25,832 nt of DNA from Fibrobacteria bacterium (GCA_043732185.1 JAYTHY010000097.1:1-25832); one strand, 5' to 3'. Counted from the first letter of the stretch, positions 1-8,926 are shown. Made by a program: numbers and translations. Notes: generated from the letters alone by a model not told the origin.

Positions 1-1
1 T

Positions 2-229
2 GAGAAAGTGTTCCGGAAGGACTGCGGCGGGACGGCGTTCCTTGTACGTTACGCGGACGACTTTGTCGCCGGGTTTCAGTTACGGGGTGATGCCAACCGG
101 TTTATGGCAGCGATGAAGGGACGGCTCGGGAAATTCAAATTGACTCTGGCAGAAGAGAAATCGGGGGTGCATCTGTTCACCCGTTTCCGGAAGCGGGAGT
201 CGAAGCGGTTATTATCATTTTTCTACTAG
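2..229 (+). pseudogene. Group II intron reverse transcriptase/maturase fragment, open from the window edge and truncated around RT domain 7
   Basis: Frame 2 reads EKVFRKDCGGTAFLVRYADDFVAGFQLRGDANRFMAAMKGRLGKFKLTLAEEKSGVHLFTRF. This has the catalytic YADD plus the group II intron-type L.LAEEK..F.RF of domain 6. It stops at 227-229 with no thumb/X domain. Confidence 0.9.
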
Positions 230-1584
230 GCTTCCTCGTCGCCTCGACCGCGAATATTATGGGTATGCATTCTGGAATAAAGCGCCCGACGGCTGATGCC
301 GAGCAGTCCGGCTGCTTTGGTTTTATTCTCGCCGGTCATCTCCAGCGCCTGTAGAATCAAGCTCCGTTCCAATTCATCCAGGGAGATGCCGGTTTCAGGG
401 AGGCGAAAAGGCGTGGGCCGGTTGAGCACTCTTTTTTGTCGGACCTGCTCTGGCAAATGCTGGATTCCCACTGGACCCGCTTCTGCGGCAATGGCGGCCC
501 GTTCCAGATAGTTTTCCAATTCACGCACACCACCTGGCCAGGAATATTCGAGCAGCATAGTCAGAACGCCTGCTTGCATACCGGCTGTATGCCCAAATTT
601 ATTTAGGAAGGCATCGGTCAGGGCGGGGATATCTTCCATGCGCTCTGCGAGGGCAGGCACAAAAATGGGGTAAATGTTGAGCCGGAAATATAAATCTTCC
701 CGGAAATCACCTTTGGCGACTTCCTCTTCCAGATTCCGCCGGGTAGCGGCGATGATACGGGAGTGGGTATGTACCACGCGCGTTCCCCCAATGCGCGTGA
801 ATTCACGCTCCTGCAAAACCCGCAGCAATTTAATTTGTAGCGAGGGAGGAATATCTCCCACCTCATCCAGAAAAAGTGTACCGCTTCCCGAATATTCAAG
901 TATGCCGATTTTCTGGGCATGGGCACCGGCATAGGCTCCCGCCTCATGACCGAAAAGTTCCGAGGCCAAAAGGTTTTCCGGCAATCCTCCGCAACTGACC
1001 GCGAAAAATGCTTCCCGACCACTTTCGGAATGAATGCCGCGCGCCAGCAATTCCTTGCCCGTGCCGCTTTTGCCACGCAGAAGCACAGTCGTATCGCGCT
1101 TGGCCACTAATTTGGCTTGCTTAATAACCTCCTGCATGGCCGGGGATGTTCCAATGATGCGTTCCAATCGGTAGCGACCGCTCTCGCGTACCCGTAACTC
1201 CGCAACCTCGTCCCGTAGCCGCACTTTCTCCAATGCGGATTGAATAAGCAGGATCATCTCATCCATCTCAAAGGGTTTGGTCACGTATTCAAAGGCACCG
1301 TTGCGCATGGCTTCCACGCCCGTACTTGCATCGGCATACGCAGTCATCACAATGCATTCCAGATTGGGGCGCAATTTGCGGGCACGCTTGACGAGATCCA
1401 ATCCGGACAATCCCGGCATGCGCACATCCGTTACCATCGCATCAAAGGAGTCCGCTCGTCTGAGCGTTTCCAGGGCTTCTTCCGCAGAGGATGCTTGTAC
1501 CACCGTCATTGCTTCGGATTCCAGGGCCATAGATAATATAGCCCGCATGCTTGGCTCGTCATCGACAATGAGAATTCTGGACAT
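226..1584 (-). CDS. NtrC/AtoC/ZraR-family response regulator (REC-AAA+-Fis HTH) with degenerate sigma54-interaction motif
   Basis: REC domain (ILIVDDE, TDVRMPG, KPF), Walker A GKSGTGKE, Walker B LFLDE, FREDLYFRL and C-terminal HTH NKTKAAGLLGISRRALY. GAFTGA is replaced by GAYAGA. SD GGGAG upstream. Confidence 0.95.
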   Translation of the reverse strand: MSRILIVDDEPSMRAILSMALESEAMTVVQASSAEEALETLRRADSFDAMVTDVRMPGLSGLDLVKRARKLRPNLECIVMTAYADASTGVEAMRNGAFEYVTKPFEMDEMILLIQSALEKVRLRDEVAELRVRESGRYRLERIIGTSPAMQEVIKQAKLVAKRDTTVLLRGKSGTGKELLARGIHSESGREAFFAVSCGGLPENLLASELFGHEAGAYAGAHAQKIGILEYSGSGTLFLDEVGDIPPSLQIKLLRVLQEREFTRIGGTRVVHTHSRIIAATRRNLEEEVAKGDFREDLYFRLNIYPIFVPALAERMEDIPALTDAFLNKFGHTAGMQAGVLTMLLEYSWPGGVRELENYLERAAIAAEAGPVGIQHLPEQVRQKRVLNRPTPFRLPETGISLDELERSLILQALEMTGENKTKAAGLLGISRRALYSRMHTHNIRGRGDEEA

Positions 1585-1593
1585 ATTGACTCC

Positions 1594-2973
1594 CTATGGT
1601 TCCAGCCCTATTGGTTTACCTGCAGCCGCTTGCGTATCACGCGTGATACTGCTGCCGGGTACCCAAAGAGAAAAGCAGGTGGATGCGCCATTGTCCGCGG
1701 CATTGGCTTCCAGACCAATGGTCCATCCGGCCCGTGTGCAAATACTTTTAACAATGGATAGCCCCAATCCCGTACCCGTTTTTGTGCCTGATACAAAGGG
1801 CTCAAACATTCTTTTGCGAATTTCCGGAGGAAGTCCTGGACCCGAATCCGTGAAAAGGAGTGTTCCTCCCTTGGGTCCTTTCCGGTCGTGCCCATCCTGA
1901 CGGTAGGTGACACGAAAGGTACCTTTGCCAGTCATGGCATGGGAGGCATTCCGGCCGAGGTTGTCGGCAACCTGGCGAAAGGAGTCGCGGTCACCGATGA
2001 GTACCAGGTCACTGGGTATGTCGATACTCCACTCCACATCAGGGAATTCTTTGCGATGCGTTTCTCGCAATTCCAGCAGGGCTCCGCGCGGCTGAAAAGG
2101 CTTGGACTCCAAGCTTTTGTCCTTGGACAAACCAAGAATATTGCTGATGAGTCGAGACAATCGCATGGTTTCTTCCGACAAGTAACGGAATGCCGGATGC
2201 TCATTTCCGGAGTCGAATTTCTTGCGGAGAACGTCCACGGAAGCCTTGATGATAGCCAGTGGGTTCTTAAGTTCATGGGCCAACTCGGCACTGATGCGAC
2301 CTAGAAAAGCCAGGTTCTCATGACGGCGCGACGCGTCCAAGGCAGCTTGGAATTTTCGGTCGAGGGCGAAGATGCCGGCGGTTAGGAGGGTGAACAAGCC
2401 CAGTAAAAACAGGGACGCGAATATCAAGTAGTTCCTAAACTGATCCACATAGGCGATAAAGTTCTGGTCGGATTCGAGTACGATAAGATGCAGGCGATCG
2501 CGCAAGGTAAAGGGATAATACAGGGACTGGAAATACACGCCATCGATTTCGGAAAGCCCGGTAAACAAGGGTATGTTTGCGCTGGCGGCGCGTTTGAATA
2601 AAGCCGTGTCCATCAAGTAGGGTACGATATCCTCCCCCTTGGCAATTAGGTTCTGGCTTCCCGCATAAACTTGTCCCAAAGAATCCGTGATCACGGCGCG
2701 TTCGAGACCGGTAGCCTGGGTCAATCGACTGAGCCACCGATTTTGTTGTTCCGCATAAGCATCGGGAAATGCGGAGGGTTGGTATGCGAATGGGTAGGAA
2801 AAAATGTCCTCGTGGATATGCTCGGAGATATATACTGCGAGGGCCGACATGCGTGCTTCGGAAATATGGCGTGCCTGTCCCATGTTACGAGAGAACAGCC
2901 ATGCGGAAAATCCAAAGAGCAAGGCCAGGGCTAGCAGTGCCGCCAGCAAGGCCAATAGAAGGGGACGCCTCAT
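1594..2973 (-). CDS. Membrane sensor histidine kinase (two TM helices, periplasmic sensor domain, HisKA-HATPase)
   Basis: H-box AELAHELKNPL, N-box NLGRNA, DSGPG, FEPF, GTGLGL. Hydrophobic segments flank a ~150-aa periplasmic region. ATGA overlap with the upstream gene. Confidence 0.95.
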   Translation of the reverse strand: MRRPLLLALLAALLALALLFGFSAWLFSRNMGQARHISEARMSALAVYISEHIHEDIFSYPFAYQPSAFPDAYAEQQNRWLSRLTQATGLERAVITDSLGQVYAGSQNLIAKGEDIVPYLMDTALFKRAASANIPLFTGLSEIDGVYFQSLYYPFTLRDRLHLIVLESDQNFIAYVDQFRNYLIFASLFLLGLFTLLTAGIFALDRKFQAALDASRRHENLAFLGRISAELAHELKNPLAIIKASVDVLRKKFDSGNEHPAFRYLSEETMRLSRLISNILGLSKDKSLESKPFQPRGALLELRETHRKEFPDVEWSIDIPSDLVLIGDRDSFRQVADNLGRNASHAMTGKGTFRVTYRQDGHDRKGPKGGTLLFTDSGPGLPPEIRKRMFEPFVSGTKTGTGLGLSIVKSICTRAGWTIGLEANAADNGASTCFSLWVPGSSITRDTQAAAGKPIGLEP

Positions 2974-4517
2974 GGGAACCTCGATGTAATACCTAGAGAA
3001 AGCGAGGCCATATTCTGGATACGACCTGGTAAGTTGCTACCATCCAAGCGGCGTGTAAATATGCCTGTCAATTCGAGTTCGAGCCAAGATCGCAGTTTCC
3101 AGAATAACGTGGCATCCATGCCCACACCTCGGCTTGAACCCAGGCTGTAGAGAGCGTTAGAGGGTACGGTATTGGTTTCATAATCCGCAGTTAAGTTGAG
3201 AAAAACATTCTTCGCCATAATGATAAGGCCCAAGGAAGGCATCCAATCTTGGTATGGGGTTTCCAGATATTTTGGGATTTCCAAAAATTGACCATCTAAC
3301 TTGGTGATCTCTGGAAAATTTCCTTGTCCGTAAGCTAGGCCTAGGGTAAGAGTATAACTTGACGCCCATTCCCAAACCATTTGTGGCTGCACACTCCAAG
3401 TTGAACCTTTGAGTGTATAGCGTGTCAGAATTTGGTTTAAGGTAACAAGACCCGCACTATCTCTGAGCACTCCCACGCTGTCTTTGTATTCTCCAAATTC
3501 ATTTTCACCCAGCATGCGGATTCCAGCTTTCAGTCCTGGCCAAGTTTTCACAAATATCCCTGCGCGCGTTTCCAGATCCCGCTGTTTATAAAGGGACGTG
3601 TCCCGCTGATAGAAATAGGTTTGGTAACGGGTTTCTGCCTCAATGGAGAATCGGTCTCCATACCATTCACACCAAGCGACCGGACCCTGTCGGATATTGC
3701 TGGCCGATACGGCATCAGGGTAAGACAATTCTTTGATTTCCCAAGATAAGCTGAGTGATTTGCGAAGATTTTCGGAAACAGCTTCAATGCCCGGCGCAGT
3801 CCAAAGCGAACGCGTGGAAAGCGAACCGAACCGATCAAATCGAAATTGCTCCAGCTCCGCTCGAACGGGAAAAACCAGTGAAACTGGTTTACCAAGAGGC
3901 CTGGTATTCGCTTCGATTTTGGTTAGGATAAACACTCGATCCAAGGAGTCGCCAAACGACTGCCAAAGTTTTTTTTCTGCCAGACCTTCCGTTTCAACTT
4001 TGAGTATGCGGTTCCAAGCCGTGCCCTTGGTAGCAAAATCGAAATACGCGTTTCTGTCCGACCCTTGAAACCAGGAGGTTACCCATTCAAACAGTGGATG
4101 TGTGGGCAACCACTCCAATTTAGCCCGCACCCGCCCGCCCATGGGCTGGTCTTGACCGGTCCAATCGTTATACTCAATTGAGGACTGCACGTACCCGTTA
4201 ACGTGAAATTTTTTTGGAGAAGAAAGTTTGATTGAGGAGGGGGCTTCCCAGCTGCTGTCGTAGAGGAAAGATTCTGCCAGGCTAGCGGTTGCAGCGGAAT
4301 CATCCAAACTGTAAATCAAATCCAATGCTTCTACAAAATACCCATCCCGGGCCAATTCTTCGGCGGCATTCAGAACCAAAGTTTTCCGTTCGTCAGGCGT
4401 ATTTGACAGAATTTGCTGTCGTTTTTTTACAAAGGCCAGGGAATCGGTCATTTCATTGGCGCAAAGCGCACTTGCGCTGGTGAGTAAAATGAGGATGGCA
4501 GCGAAAATGGATTCCAA
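2970..4517 (-). CDS. Hypothetical exported protein, probable outer-membrane beta-barrel with a short N-terminal helical region
   Basis: TTG start, signal peptide (IFAAILILLTSASALCA), many aromatic-rich alternating strands, C-terminus ASLSLGITSRFP. Confidence 0.7.
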   Translation of the reverse strand: MESIFAAILILLTSASALCANEMTDSLAFVKKRQQILSNTPDERKTLVLNAAEELARDGYFVEALDLIYSLDDSAATASLAESFLYDSSWEAPSSIKLSSPKKFHVNGYVQSSIEYNDWTGQDQPMGGRVRAKLEWLPTHPLFEWVTSWFQGSDRNAYFDFATKGTAWNRILKVETEGLAEKKLWQSFGDSLDRVFILTKIEANTRPLGKPVSLVFPVRAELEQFRFDRFGSLSTRSLWTAPGIEAVSENLRKSLSLSWEIKELSYPDAVSASNIRQGPVAWCEWYGDRFSIEAETRYQTYFYQRDTSLYKQRDLETRAGIFVKTWPGLKAGIRMLGENEFGEYKDSVGVLRDSAGLVTLNQILTRYTLKGSTWSVQPQMVWEWASSYTLTLGLAYGQGNFPEITKLDGQFLEIPKYLETPYQDWMPSLGLIIMAKNVFLNLTADYETNTVPSNALYSLGSSRGVGMDATLFWKLRSWLELELTGIFTRRLDGSNLPGRIQNMASLSLGITSRFP

Positions 4518-4558
4518 GCTTCAATATGACAAAAAGAAAAGGAAAATCTAAAGGGAAA

Positions 4559-5500
4559 TCAGCGAGATTGGCTGGACCGGGCGATATCGACGGCTTTTGC
4601 TGCCAATTTTAAGGCAATATCCATCTCCACTTGGGCTTGGACAGATTGATTTTCAGCTTGGCCCCGTTCCGCACGCTCCAAATGCTCCAAACTTTTTTCC
4701 AGTATCCGCTGGGCTTTTTCATTGCCGGAAGTTCGAATGATTTCAGTGGCCTTATCGATTTTAGTTTTCAATCTCTCCAGGGCGCTTGCCGAAACGCGCA
4801 GTGGATCACCTCCGGTCCTGATGGTTATCTGGTGCCATTCCGTCAATTGTGCCTCGGCTTTGATGCCTAGTCCTTTCGCAGCTTCTGCATGTCCAGAGGC
4901 CAATGCTTCGCGGCATTTTTCCAGTAAATCCTGAATATGGATCAGCTGTTCATTGGAATTGGGATCGGTCTGCAGTTTATTCTGGTCGCGCAAGCGGGAG
5001 AGGTGATCGTAAACGCGGTGATACGTTTCCGTCGCCTGTGCCATGGCTACCCGGGCTGCGGGCTGCTGATTTTGATATCCGTCCTGGAAAGACTCAGGAA
5101 GTCCGTACTTGTCTTGATTGGGAATTTGTTCGGCCAGTCGACCGAGTTCAGGAAACAAGGATTCAACTTGGTTAAGCAAATCATGGACTAGGGTCAGGTG
5201 ATTTTGATCCAATTCTAGTTTGGCGCGGATAAGTAGGGAACGAACCTTGTCCAACAGCTCTATGGTTCTCGGCAACTTGCTTTCTTGAAGGCGGCGTGCC
5301 AGAAGTTCAAAGTGATCGGTGGTGCGTTGGAGATCCGATTGGACGGCGTCTTTCGCACTGGTGCCGGAAGGTCGGTCGCGCACGCCATCGCGGGATGCTT
5401 GGCTGGCATCCCCGCGTGCATCTGCAAATACCAGTACCAATAGCATGCCAATGGTCAGAAGTTGGGATGCGGAAAAATGGAACAATCGATTTGGCTTCAT
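4559..5500 (-). CDS. Secreted/periplasmic all-helical protein with three ~70-aa repeats
   Basis: Signal peptide (LLTIGMLLVLVFADARG). Repeats begin LQRTTDHFELL, YHRVYDHLSRL and LERLKTKIDKA, each followed by L..A...L..G/N....A helices. Confidence 0.75.
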   Translation of the reverse strand: MKPNRLFHFSASQLLTIGMLLVLVFADARGDASQASRDGVRDRPSGTSAKDAVQSDLQRTTDHFELLARRLQESKLPRTIELLDKVRSLLIRAKLELDQNHLTLVHDLLNQVESLFPELGRLAEQIPNQDKYGLPESFQDGYQNQQPAARVAMAQATETYHRVYDHLSRLRDQNKLQTDPNSNEQLIHIQDLLEKCREALASGHAEAAKGLGIKAEAQLTEWHQITIRTGGDPLRVSASALERLKTKIDKATEIIRTSGNEKAQRILEKSLEHLERAERGQAENQSVQAQVEMDIALKLAAKAVDIARSSQSR

Positions 5501-5528
5501 GGAAATAGTAAGTTAATGGTTTCTTTTC

Positions 5529-5557
5529 AGTATAGCGAAAAGTGGAATTTGCGGACA
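5529..5557 (-). promoter_or_regulatory. Putative sigma70-type promoter of the four-gene module
   Basis: Minus strand TGTCCG (5557-5552), 17 nt spacer, TATACT (5534-5529), 28 nt before the ATG at 5500. Confidence 0.55.
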
Positions 5558-5694
5558 GCTGAATCTGCGGAAATTTCTGATGGTCTTTGAGAATTCCGGT
5601 GTGATTCCGTTCCAGTTTTTCATGAAGCGTACCTTTCGGTACAGCCGATGTCTGGCAAGCTCAAAAAACCGCATGGACTCATGTTTAGGCTGTT

Positions 5695-7029
5695 TTAATA
5701 GGAATATGCAAATCCGACATCGATACCATAAAGAGTTTGGTGAGCGTATCCTGGTGCTGAAAATTTTTGATTTAATTCGCGCCCATACGAAGCGTTCAAG
5801 TTTATTTTCATCCTGGTAAAAATGTCATACGAATAGGCTGACGTAATGGTAAAGCTATGGTTAGACAATATGTCGCGGCTGACTCCCCCTGTGTAGTGAT
5901 TCCTGGAGAGATAGTAGGTGCCACCAATACCAAGTGATTGTTTCTCCCAAATCAGGAAGGGTGTTAGGTTTGCCAAAAAGGTATGCAGGCCATCAAGATT
6001 AGCGGTTCCCGATGAAGACGCGCCTTGCGTAACTGGAATATGGAGCCAATGAACTTGGTAGTCTATGTAGCTCAACAAAATCCAAGACGGGAAAATTATA
6101 CTTTGGGAATGACCTATTCCCAACACTCGCCAGTCTTTGGCTAGTTGAAGGGCGTTGACTTTCCATCCGAGGTTCCAGCCAGCCTTGGTCGAATGGCTAT
6201 AACCAAGGGCGAGCCTGCCTTGCAGCCAATTCCAATTGGAATCCGCCAGCCGACTCTCAAAACCATTGCGCACCAACAGGAGCGGGTCTTTTGCGCTCCC
6301 GCCCTCGAAGCCAGCCCCATAATCCGCTTCTGCTGTCAAACCTTGGTATTCGTACTCACCGCCGACATCAGCCTGCACGCCTTGCAACGTTTTATCGTCC
6401 AATTTTGCTTTGAGAGTTAAGGAACCGGATTCTCGAAACCGATGCTTTCCATGACTCTGTCCAGTTGCCGCGCGCAGTCGATTGGCAAACACTTGGTCGA
6501 AATAATCATTGCTCGACATTGAAATTTTAGAAGTAAATCCAAAATTCCAGGATTGGGCTGGAAATTTTGTCGGCTTCCAATGGTCAAGAATTTCCATGAG
6601 AAAAAAGGAATTCGGGAAACGTTGGTGCAGCTCCAGGGTCGCTCGTTCCATTTCCTGCGAACGGTCTAGTTTTTTATTCACATTCCAAAGGTGAAAGAGA
6701 ATTTCTTCGTCTTTAGGACCGCCAATTTCCTTGGCTAGTGTGAGAAGGTATAGCGATTCCTTCCATCTGGAAAGTAGATAATAGCCCAACCCCTGATAGT
6801 AATATGCTAAGTACAATAAGGATGGATCGCATGTGGAGGGAATCTTCCACGATAAGAATACCGGGTCACCGGCTTCATACAACTTCTGGACGGAATCTGC
6901 CATTACCTGGCAGTTGGTCGGGGCTACACTATGGGTGTGTTTTGCCGTCGGCCTGGCTTCAGCAATCTTCAATGCCAGGCAGAGGCCAAGGGCCGCAAAA
7001 ATAAATCGAAAGAGTCTTGGCATGCGCAT
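5695..7029 (-). CDS. Outer-membrane protein with N-terminal TPR-like helices and a C-terminal beta-barrel
   Basis: Signal peptide ending AEA. TPR-like AYYYQGLGYYLLSRWKES...LHQRFPNS. Amphipathic strands and a terminal beta-signal YGIDVGFAYSY. Confidence 0.75.
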   Translation of the reverse strand: MRMPRLFRFIFAALGLCLALKIAEARPTAKHTHSVAPTNCQVMADSVQKLYEAGDPVFLSWKIPSTCDPSLLYLAYYYQGLGYYLLSRWKESLYLLTLAKEIGGPKDEEILFHLWNVNKKLDRSQEMERATLELHQRFPNSFFLMEILDHWKPTKFPAQSWNFGFTSKISMSSNDYFDQVFANRLRAATGQSHGKHRFRESGSLTLKAKLDDKTLQGVQADVGGEYEYQGLTAEADYGAGFEGGSAKDPLLLVRNGFESRLADSNWNWLQGRLALGYSHSTKAGWNLGWKVNALQLAKDWRVLGIGHSQSIIFPSWILLSYIDYQVHWLHIPVTQGASSSGTANLDGLHTFLANLTPFLIWEKQSLGIGGTYYLSRNHYTGGVSRDILSNHSFTITSAYSYDIFTRMKINLNASYGRELNQKFSAPGYAHQTLYGIDVGFAYSY

Positions 7030-7044
7030 GAATCAGAAAAGATC

Positions 7045-7070
7045 AATAAAATGCCGATATACTATACGGC
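7045..7070 (-). terminator. Weak intrinsic terminator-like hairpin after the OmpA-family gene
   Basis: Minus strand GCCGTATAGTATATCGGC followed by ATTTTATT, directly after the stop codon. Confidence 0.4.
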
Positions 7071-7072
7071 GT

Positions 7073-8926
7073 TTAGTTTATCCTGTTTAGTTCTACTCTG
7101 CGGTTAAGGGCCCGGCCTTCTGCGGAGGTATTGGGCCCCAAAGGTCGGGATGAGCCGTAACCCATGACCTTCAATCGCTTGGGGTCGACGCCTTTTTGGA
7201 TGAAATAGTTTGCCACGGATTGTGCGCGAGCCTGAGAGAGCATTTGATTTTTGGTAGGATTACCGCGATTGTCCGTATGTCCGGCTATTTCGAAAGTGAC
7301 TTCAGGGCTATTCTGTATGCCCGGCACGATTTCATCCAGAGCCCGGAAAGACTCCGTCATCAGTTCCGCAGAGTTGGTTTGAAAATTGACTCCGCGCAGG
7401 ATCATGGTCTTGACCACTTCTTTGATTTGGATATGGTCCGGACAGCCGTCCGTGTCTTCGAAACCGTTCATGGTCTCGGGCGCATTGGGACATTTATCCT
7501 CGGCATCGGCTATTCCGTCCTTGTCATTATCGGGTTCCGGACAGCCATCCTCATCTTCAAAGTTATCCTTGTCTTCCGCTTCACCTGGGCATTTATCCGC
7601 TACATCTAAAATGCCATCCTTGTCCTTGTCGAGATTGGGGCAGCCGTCTTTGCCATCTACTCCTTGGGCGACGTTGGGGCATTTGTCTGCTGGATCCATA
7701 ACCCCATCCATGTCATTGTCGGGTTCTGGGCATCCGTCATCATCCTCGAAATTATCCATATCTTCGGCTTCAAGCGGACATTTATCTTTTATGTCTGAGA
7801 GACCATCTTTATCGTTATCCGGATCCGGACACCCGTCACTGTCCTCAAAACCATCTTTGTCTTCAGCGGCATCCGGACACTTGTCCACCTTGTTCATAAT
7901 GCCGTCGTGATCATTGTCCTGTTTTAAAATGAATCCCGACCAAGTGATTTCAAAGAGCATGGACAAATCCGGGGATGCTTTCATGTTGAATGTGTGTGTT
8001 TCAGGTCCACCGTTGAACTGGTATTGCACAGGGAGGTAAGTGGTATTGAATCCAACCACTAAACCCGCGTAGAAGTTCAGGCCTACGGGCGTCTGGGCAA
8101 TGCTGCCAAAAGTGAGAGTGGTGGGCTGGCTGCCGAATTCATCATTGCCAAGTTTTTTAAAATTGGACTCGTGGTAGAATTCAGTGAAAAACCGAATGAA
8201 AGAGCCAGCCTCATACTCGGCCGCGGTAGACCAAAAAAGGATATCGTCAAAAGGTGGCTGTTTGCTGAGATTGATTTTTTTGACGCCACCGTTGAAATGC
8301 CACAGAAATTGAAACTCCTCTGCAACTTGACCCAAATCCAAAGTCATGCCCAAACCGGCCATAAAGGTTGGTCGTCCCGCACCAAATGGTGAAGAGCCTT
8401 CCCCAAAATCCTGAATGTTGTTGGTCATGTATTCCAATTCCCGTGGAATTACGCCGCGCCCATCGAATTGGGTCGGGGCTGTTCCCCCTAGGAGCAAAGC
8501 CATGCTCACCACCTGAACATCTTTCATCGGAAATTGAAATTTAAGGCGGTATCTCAAGTCTCCTTGGTATTGCTGATCCATATCCAAGCCGGGACGGGCG
8601 CTTTTAATTTTTTCATAATAAAGGGGAAGGGCCACGCCCACATCCGTATAGGCCCCAAGCCCAAGGGATAGGAAAACGCTGGAACTCAAAGTCAGAAAAT
8701 CCGTCAAAACGTGCGGCGTCGTTTCCCCGTTCACGGTTATTTCCGAATTCTGCAATTCCACCTGGTCGTCGATAACCTGTGTATGCACGCCGATACCCAG
8801 CTTGCCATGTTGCAATGTCTGGGCAGAAAAGGTTTTGTTGACGCCTACGATTCCATCCCGGTTCAAGGAGGGATATCCGGCTGAAACAAGCATTGCCAAA
8901 ATCGCGAAAAAGGTGAGTTTTTTCAT
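7073..8926 (-). CDS. OmpA-family protein: N-terminal barrel, five thrombospondin type-3 repeats, OmpA C-terminal peptidoglycan-binding domain
   Basis: Start reassigned to ATG 8926 (MKKLTFFAILAMLVSAG, GGAG upstream). GHTD...NQMLSQARAQSV...GYG...GRALNRRVE motifs. Confidence 0.93.
   Translation of the reverse strand: MKKLTFFAILAMLVSAGYPSLNRDGIVGVNKTFSAQTLQHGKLGIGVHTQVIDDQVELQNSEITVNGETTPHVLTDFLTLSSSVFLSLGLGAYTDVGVALPLYYEKIKSARPGLDMDQQYQGDLRYRLKFQFPMKDVQVVSMALLLGGTAPTQFDGRGVIPRELEYMTNNIQDFGEGSSPFGAGRPTFMAGLGMTLDLGQVAEEFQFLWHFNGGVKKINLSKQPPFDDILFWSTAAEYEAGSFIRFFTEFYHESNFKKLGNDEFGSQPTTLTFGSIAQTPVGLNFYAGLVVGFNTTYLPVQYQFNGGPETHTFNMKASPDLSMLFEITWSGFILKQDNDHDGIMNKVDKCPDAAEDKDGFEDSDGCPDPDNDKDGLSDIKDKCPLEAEDMDNFEDDDGCPEPDNDMDGVMDPADKCPNVAQGVDGKDGCPNLDKDKDGILDVADKCPGEAEDKDNFEDEDGCPEPDNDKDGIADAEDKCPNAPETMNGFEDTDGCPDHIQIKEVVKTMILRGVNFQTNSAELMTESFRALDEIVPGIQNSPEVTFEIAGHTDNRGNPTKNQMLSQARAQSVANYFIQKGVDPKRLKVMGYGSSRPLGPNTSAEGRALNRRVELNRIN
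7436..7918 (-). repeat. Five tandem TSP3-type Ca-binding repeats (33, 33, 30, 33 and 32 aa)
   Basis: Unit DNDxDGxxDxxDKCPxxAEDxDxFEDxDGCPxP. Confidence 0.9.

Noticed and set aside
1..229. RT as a retron, DGR or defence RT
   Set aside because: The residues around YADD and domain 6 fit group II intron maturases. No template/variable repeats or msr-msd are visible in the window.
5600..5615. CTGGAACG on the minus strand as a sigma54 -24 element
   Set aside because: No GC/TTGC at the -12 position.
5580..5819. 79-aa + strand ORF across the intergenic region
   Set aside because: It overlaps the convergent gene's 3' end and has no SD or protein-like features.
7386..7910. Ser-rich repetitive + strand ORF, or a possible CRISPR-like array
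   Set aside because: It is the antisense of the TSP3 coding repeats. The units are degenerate at codon level and have no repeat-spacer structure.
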